NCBI RefSeq assembly: GCF_936981045.1
Contig: NZ_OW441264.1
Coordinates: 450,001 to 482,000, forward strand
From: Candidatus Saccharimonadota bacterium
GTDB lineage: Bacteria; Bacteroidota; Bacteroidia; Cytophagales; Amoebophilaceae
Direction of reading: 5' to 3'
DNA: 32,000 bases
Below, piece after piece: positions 27,329 through 32,000 of this stretch. Both the position numbers and the translations under genes were made by a program. A model generated the notes under the pieces. It saw nothing but the letters and a program-made list of their open reading frames with translations, was not told the origin of the DNA and did no database searches. Each line of letters starts with the position of its first letter. The stretch's first letter is position 1.

Positions 27329-28077
27329 ATTAGTAAAAGGATAGCAGATGGCAGTATGTTGAAGCTAATTAAACAAACCCTAACAACGTCAATAGTAAAA
27401 CAAGGTAAAATTACATGCAAGAAAGTTGGAGTACCGCAAGGATCACCAATATTACCGTTGTATAGTAATATCTACCTAAATGTTATAGACCAGGTGTGGC
27501 ACTCAAGGGGGTATCCAGAAAAGCTAAGCGCAACCTTGCATAGGTATTGTGATGATGCAATTTTGGTATGTCGTAAGAGTGCTATCTTAGCGCTGGAGAA
27601 ATTCACAGAATTAGTAAAGAGGTTATCGCTCATTATTAACCACCAAAAGACACGAATAACGAAACTGAAAGAAGGCTTTAACTTCATAGGTTTTTACTTT
27701 GTAAAAAGAAAGAGTCCAACAAGTGGCAGAAATAGCATTTATGTATTTCCAACGAAACAATCCCAACAAAGCATCTGTAACAGACTAAAATACCTGACTT
27801 GTAGAAGAGCACCAATCAAACCTCAAGCATTCATCGAGCAAATAAAACCAGTAGTGTTAGGATGGGTTAACTATTTTAAACATACGAATTCCAGTGAAGC
27901 TTTTGTTAGATTGCAGGACTTTATTAATAACCGATTTCGCAGATACTTAACCCATAGAAGAAAAGGCCGTGGGTGTGGGTGGCAAAGCTATCCCAATAGC
28001 AAACTCTATACAATGGGGATGTTGTAATTGGTAGTGGAATGATTAAGTATCCTGAGAGAGTTGTGCAAGGTTTATGA
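27329..28077 (+). pseudogene. Intron-encoded RT/maturase, C-terminal part, with a 1-nt deletion creating TAA at 28025-28027
   Basis: GTACATTGG in copy 2 is GTAATTGG here. The position that is TAA in copy 2 is CAA here. Confidence 0.85.
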
Positions 28078-28091
28078 AGAAGACTGTCGGA

Positions 28092-28124
28092 CCGTCGTAT
28101 TCAGGAAAACTGAACGTACGGTGG
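28092..28124 (+). ncRNA. Group II intron domain V (copy 3), fully paired lower helix
   Basis: CCGUCGUAU-UCAG-GAAAA-CUGA-AC-GUACGGUGG. All nine lower-helix pairs form (three are G-U). Confidence 0.7.
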
Positions 28125-28172
28125 GATGAGAAGGGAATGGGTAAACAATGAAGAATCAAGTTAGTCAGCTAC

Positions 28173-28197
28173 TGTATTGCGAGCAATCAGAAGCAAA
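28173..28197 (+). pseudogene. IS6 transposase 3' exon fragment (first ~24 nt)
   Basis: TGTATTGCGAGCAATCAGAAGCAA is identical to 8351-8374. It is then cut by the IS256-type left end. Confidence 0.8.
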
Positions 28198-29544
28198 GGA
28201 AGTGTTCTATAAACTGTGTCAAGGCGATAAAAAGTTATAAATTAATTAAATAAACATTAAAGGTTTTAGACATGGAAGAAAATAAGAACAATTCCTATGT
28301 TGGTTTAGTAGATTACAAATTTCTGTAGGAAAATATTTTGTGCTCTATCCGTTTAGGTAAGCCTTTAACAGGAAAAGGTGGTGCTTTAACGCCTCTGATA
28401 AAAAAGCTTCTAGAGGCAAGTCTAGAAGGTGAAATGGCACACCATTTATCTAGTGATTCAACAGAAAATAATAGAAGAAATGGAAAAAGCTCTAAAACTT
28501 TACGTACAAGTTCTGGTTCCTTTGATCTGCTAACTCCTAGGGATAGGACAGGTAGTTTCGATCCACAAATAGTTAAAAAGCGTCAAACAAGCCTACATCC
28601 TGAGCTGGAAAGCAAGATCTTAAGCATGTTTTCTAGTGGTATGAGCTATAAATCTATAGCCGTTCATGTTGAAGAGATCTATGATCATAAAGTATCAGCT
28701 GCTGAAATATCATCTATTACAGATAGCTTGTTACCGATAATAAATGAATGGCGTAACCGCCCTCTTCAATCAGTTTATCCGATAGTTTTCATGGATAGGA
28801 TGTTTTTTAAGGTAAAAGAAGATGGCAGATGTGTAAGCAAATGCATGTATACCTTATTAGGCATAGATCAAGAGGGTAAAAAAGAAGTATTGGGATTTAT
28901 TTGTCTGAAAGTGAGGGGGCTAACTTCTGGTTGGGTGTACTTAACGAGCTTAAGGAAAGAGGTGTAGAAGATATCCTTATTGCCTGTGTTGATGGCCTAA
29001 AAAGCTTTCCTTCAGCCATAAATAGCGTTTTCCCTAATGCACAAGTGCAGGTCTGTGTAGTACATCAGATACGAAACTCACTCAAGTATGTAGCTATCAA
29101 AGACGTAAAACGTTTTTTAACTGATTTAAAGCAAATATATCAAGCTTCAAGTAAGGAAGTTGCTGAGCATTATCTATTGGAATTAGAAGAAAAATGGGGG
29201 GGGAAGTATCCAATGGTTACCAAATCTCGGCAAAATAATTGGGAACATTTGTCTGGTTATTTTAAGTATTCAGATTCTGTCAGAAGGCTAATTTATACCA
29301 CCAATCCTATAGAAAGCTTGCATAGGCAGATTAGGAAGTTTACCAAGACAAAAGGAGCGTTTACCAGTATAAATGCTTTGTATAAATTAGTATATTGTGC
29401 CATAAAGAAGATCGAGGATAAATGGACTATGCCGCTGCGAAACTGGGCGTTGACCATATCTCAGATAGACATCTTTTTTCCCGGTAGATTAAAAGAGACG
29501 TTGAGATGAACAGGAGATGTGACACAGTTTATAGAACACTTCCA
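28198..29544 (+). mobile_element. IS256-family insertion sequence, complete (1347 bp)
   Basis: Perfect 24-bp terminal inverted repeats GGAAGTGTTCTATAAACTGTGTCA at 28198-28221 and 29521-29544 (reverse complement). Confidence 0.9.
28272..29509 (+). pseudogene. IS256-family (Mutator-type) transposase with TAG at 28326-28328 and a frameshift near 28896-28900
   Basis: ATG at 28272 is in frame with track ORF 28338-28967. The second ORF, 28901-29509, is in another frame. The junction reads ...KKEVLGF | (Y)LSESEGANFWLGVLNELKERGV, consistent with loss of one T. The C-terminus has IYTTNPIESLHRQIRK. Confidence 0.85.
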
Positions 29545-31032
29545 GAAGATCGCATAATGGCGTCAACTTAAGGGAAAATATGAGTAATTATTTGTTTAGT
29601 ATTGTTTGGTTTTTCCCTTCAAGTATCTACTTATAATTGTCTTTTAATTCTATAAAAAATACTTTCCTTCTGTATTATTTGATGAATAAAGTTTAAAATG
29701 TACTTTTTTATATAAAGACATGGTAGAGAAAGGGAAAAATATTATTTTACGAATTAAAGATACCATACACTTGCGTAAGTTTCCAGTGAAGCATTGTTTG
29801 GCAAAAAATAGTTTCACACGCAGGAGAAAACTTACATTTCCAGTGGTATTTTCTATGATTTTGAGGTTAGTTAAAAAAGTTTAGGTATAGAGTGTGAACT
29901 TATGGAACCATCAACTTTTAAAATTCCCCCATCCAAGCAAGCTTTTTCAAAAGCAAGATATAAAATTGCTCATACAGGATTTAAAGAATTATTGGATTTA
30001 AGCCTTCAAACAGCTTATCAAGGTGATACCTCATATGGAACATAGAGAGGTTATAGAGTTATTGCTGGAGATGGCTTCTCAGTTCGCTTGCCTGGTTCTC
30101 AAGAAATCGTCTCTAAGTTTGGTCGCCTTAACCCGAATGGAACTACAGGCACTATGCCTTCATTGGCTAGAGGTTCCCTTTTCGTTGATTTATGTACTTC
30201 TCTGATTATCAGTGCACGTTTTGCACCTTGGCATGTGGGAGAGCAAACAATGGCAGAAGAACAATTACCTGAAGTAATTAACCAACTGCGTTCATTAGAG
30301 CAAGAAAAACTATTATTCATCTATGATCGTGGTTATATTTCAATAAAGTTTATTGAGTAACATAATGCTTGCCAAACAGACTTTATTTTTCGTGTGCAAG
30401 AAAAAAATTATACCAATCTATGGAAAATGGTTTCATCTGGTAAATCAGATTTTGATTTTATGTTGGCAAATAATTCCAAGACAATCGGCCAAAAAGTAAG
30501 GGTCATAGCCCTTAGTTTACCCAACGACAAACTGGAAGTATTGGTTACCTCTCTTTTTGACCGAGAAAAATTTACTGCAGACGATATCAGCAAAGCATAC
30601 CTATTAAGGTGGCACATAGAGGAGTGTTATAAACGACTTAAGATAGGTTCAGAATTAGAGAATTTCTCTGGAAAAAACTTAGATGCCATACTACAAGAGT
30701 TTTGGGCACACTTAGTGATGTGTAATATACTATCACTTCATATGTGTGATAGACAAGGCGCTTGGAACCCAGACCAAATTGCTCAATATCGGTTAAACTT
30801 TTCCGTTTTATTTGGTGTAATGAGGCAGAAACTGTATCAGGTTTTTGTTGGCGATTGCTCTCCCAAGAGCTTTCAGAGACTTTTTAATAGAGCCAGTATA
30901 CGTGCTAAAATTAAAATCCGGATAAGTCGATTATATAGTCGAGATAAGGTCGATAAACCTAGACGGAATCATGTTTTTAGAAGAGTTTGCTAACCAATAA
31001 ACCCTTAAGTTGACGCCATTGAGCGATCTTCT
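29545..31032 (+). mobile_element. IS4-family insertion sequence (1488 bp)
   Basis: 31-bp terminal inverted repeats AGAAGATCGCATAATGGCGTCAACTTAAGGG (29545-29575) and the reverse complement of 31002-31032, matching at 29 of 31. The left end abuts the IS256 right end with no spacer. The right-most 8 nt are also readable as intron sequence. Confidence 0.75.
29720..30993 (+). pseudogene. IS4-family DDE transposase with three lesions
   Basis: 1-nt loss in the A6 run at 29873-29878. TAG at 30043-30045 at the Trp of ...GTWRGYRVIAGDG. TAA at 30358-30360. The family signature Y(2)R(3)E(6)K is present (YLLRWHIEECYKRLK), as are DRGY and IAGDG. Confidence 0.85.
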
Positions 31033-32000
31033 ACGGTCATTACCTCTAGTGGCCTTGTTCCACTTTTAGCTTTGGGTATTTCTACCAACCTGCTTGAGGT
31101 AAATTTGTATAGCTTTGCGCGTAGTTGCTGCTGAAATTTATTGATAATCTTTTCCTCACCTTGATCTATTAACGTGAGTTCGGGATTAGATTATTTTTTC
31201 ATTTGATAATCAATATTAATAAAAATTTATAAAATTTGTTTTATAGACAGTTAAATAGGTAGTTGAATAACAAATAATTCTGATAATCAATTTATTATAT
31301 ATATTATATTTATAGAATTAGATATAAAAACTTGTTAAATAGGTGCAAATATTAACTAAATAATTGATATTAAATTGTTGTAAATCAGTCAAATAAATCC
31401 AGAACTCATGTTATTATATCACTTATGCTTTTACCATCAATCCCTGCTGAGCCTTGATTTGCTTTGACTTGACGCCAATCTTCCCAAAGTACATCTTTTA
31501 GATAAATTTTATCATATATACTATAAAATCTGACTTCCTTACATTGCTTGGATTTGAGATATAGAGTTCTTTGGAGTTTCTGAACTTTTAATGTTCCGTT
31601 CATAGCTTTAGGGCAATCAGACATTCTCAACTCTTTTAAACTCGTTAACTGAAGTAGGGTCCCTTTCCTCTTGAGTGGTTTCCCAATCAATACGAACGGT
31701 ATTATGGACCCCGCGGACTTCTGATATCACCCTTATTGATTTCGCTTTACTTATACAATAAAGTTTTCAGTGGCGTACTGGATTCATATCAGATCTCCCG
31801 GACTACGATGTGAAACATTCATAGCGTGCAACCCCTAACACCCCGGCACTTGTATGATGGTCATGGTCTATTTTTTCCATCCTACTATCAGCCTTCCTGT
31901 AGCCACTAGACAGTCGGCAAATGCGCTTAAACGGCTTAACGAGGCTAATTTGGGTTCACTTTTGTTGCAGCTCGCTATTTTGCAGATGCATTTAAAGGTA
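31033..32000 (-). mobile_element. Group II intron copy 4, 5' part (about intron nt 1-820), runs off the window
   Basis: Reverse complement of about 6600-7290 of copy 2, including the RT N-terminus (track ORF 31406-31690). It is interrupted by the MITE at 31172-31411 and cut by the IS4-like element. Confidence 0.85.
31172..31411 (-). mobile_element. MITE copy inside intron copy 4
   Basis: Perfect 5-bp duplication TATTA at 31167-31171 and 31412-31416. It has the same site and the same relative orientation as the MITE in intron copy 1. Confidence 0.9.

Larger units (their letters stand above)
27328..28172 (+). mobile_element. Group II intron copy 3, 3' part only (from about intron nt 1041)
   Basis: Collinear with 7508-8350 of copy 2. 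The 5' part is replaced by IS982 and R3. It ends ...CAGCTAC at 28172. Confidence 0.85.

Noticed and set aside
28890-28905. The two overlapping IS256 transposase ORFs might reflect programmed ribosomal frameshifting.
   Set aside because: IS256-family transposases are normally a single ORF. The junction (GGATTTATTTGTC) lacks a canonical X XXY YYZ slippery heptamer and is explained by loss of one T. The gene also carries an upstream TAG.
29545-32000. Intron copy 3 (3' part, + strand) and copy 4 (5' part, - strand) might be two halves of one intron separated by a simple inversion.
   Set aside because: About 220 nt of intron sequence (about nt 823-1040) is missing between them. The junction partners (IS982 on one side, IS4-like on the other) do not match a single inversion event.

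Overview
Visibly AT-rich bacterial chromosome segment. Short islands of intact housekeeping genes are separated by dense, nested mobile-element debris. By my own coordinate sum, the debris covers about 17 of the 32 kb.

Housekeeping islands:
- gatC plus a polytopic membrane protein
- trmD, a tRNA with anticodon CAU, and an LptF/LptG-type permease
- lnt
- rpsU plus a frameshifted XerC/D-like recombinase
- a five-gene MacAB-TolC-type ABC efflux operon

Mobile DNA:
- Two IS6-family copies, each with the transposase ORF split at the same codon by a group II intron. There are four intron copies or fragments in total.
- One complete IS256-family element, fragments of it, and fragments of a second IS256-type element.
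- One IS5-family element.
- Two IS982-family copies.
- One IS4-family element plus diverged remnants and solo ends.
- An IS3 orfB remnant.
- Seven copies of a ~240-bp MITE. Its terminal inverted repeats match the IS982 ends and it makes 5-bp target duplications.
- At least four copies of a ~200-250-bp intergenic repeat (called R here) that sits at the edges of the housekeeping islands.

Every transposase and intron-maturase ORF in the window carries nonsense or frameshift lesions. Where two copies of a family are present they share the lesion.

I found no CRISPR array, rRNA or obvious defence or toxin system. The only uncharacterised coding candidates are two tandem paralogous small HTH proteins (11406-12721).

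The overall picture resembles IS-saturated Bacteroidota endosymbiont genomes such as the Amoebophilus/Cardinium type. That is an inference from gene content and IS load, not a database result.
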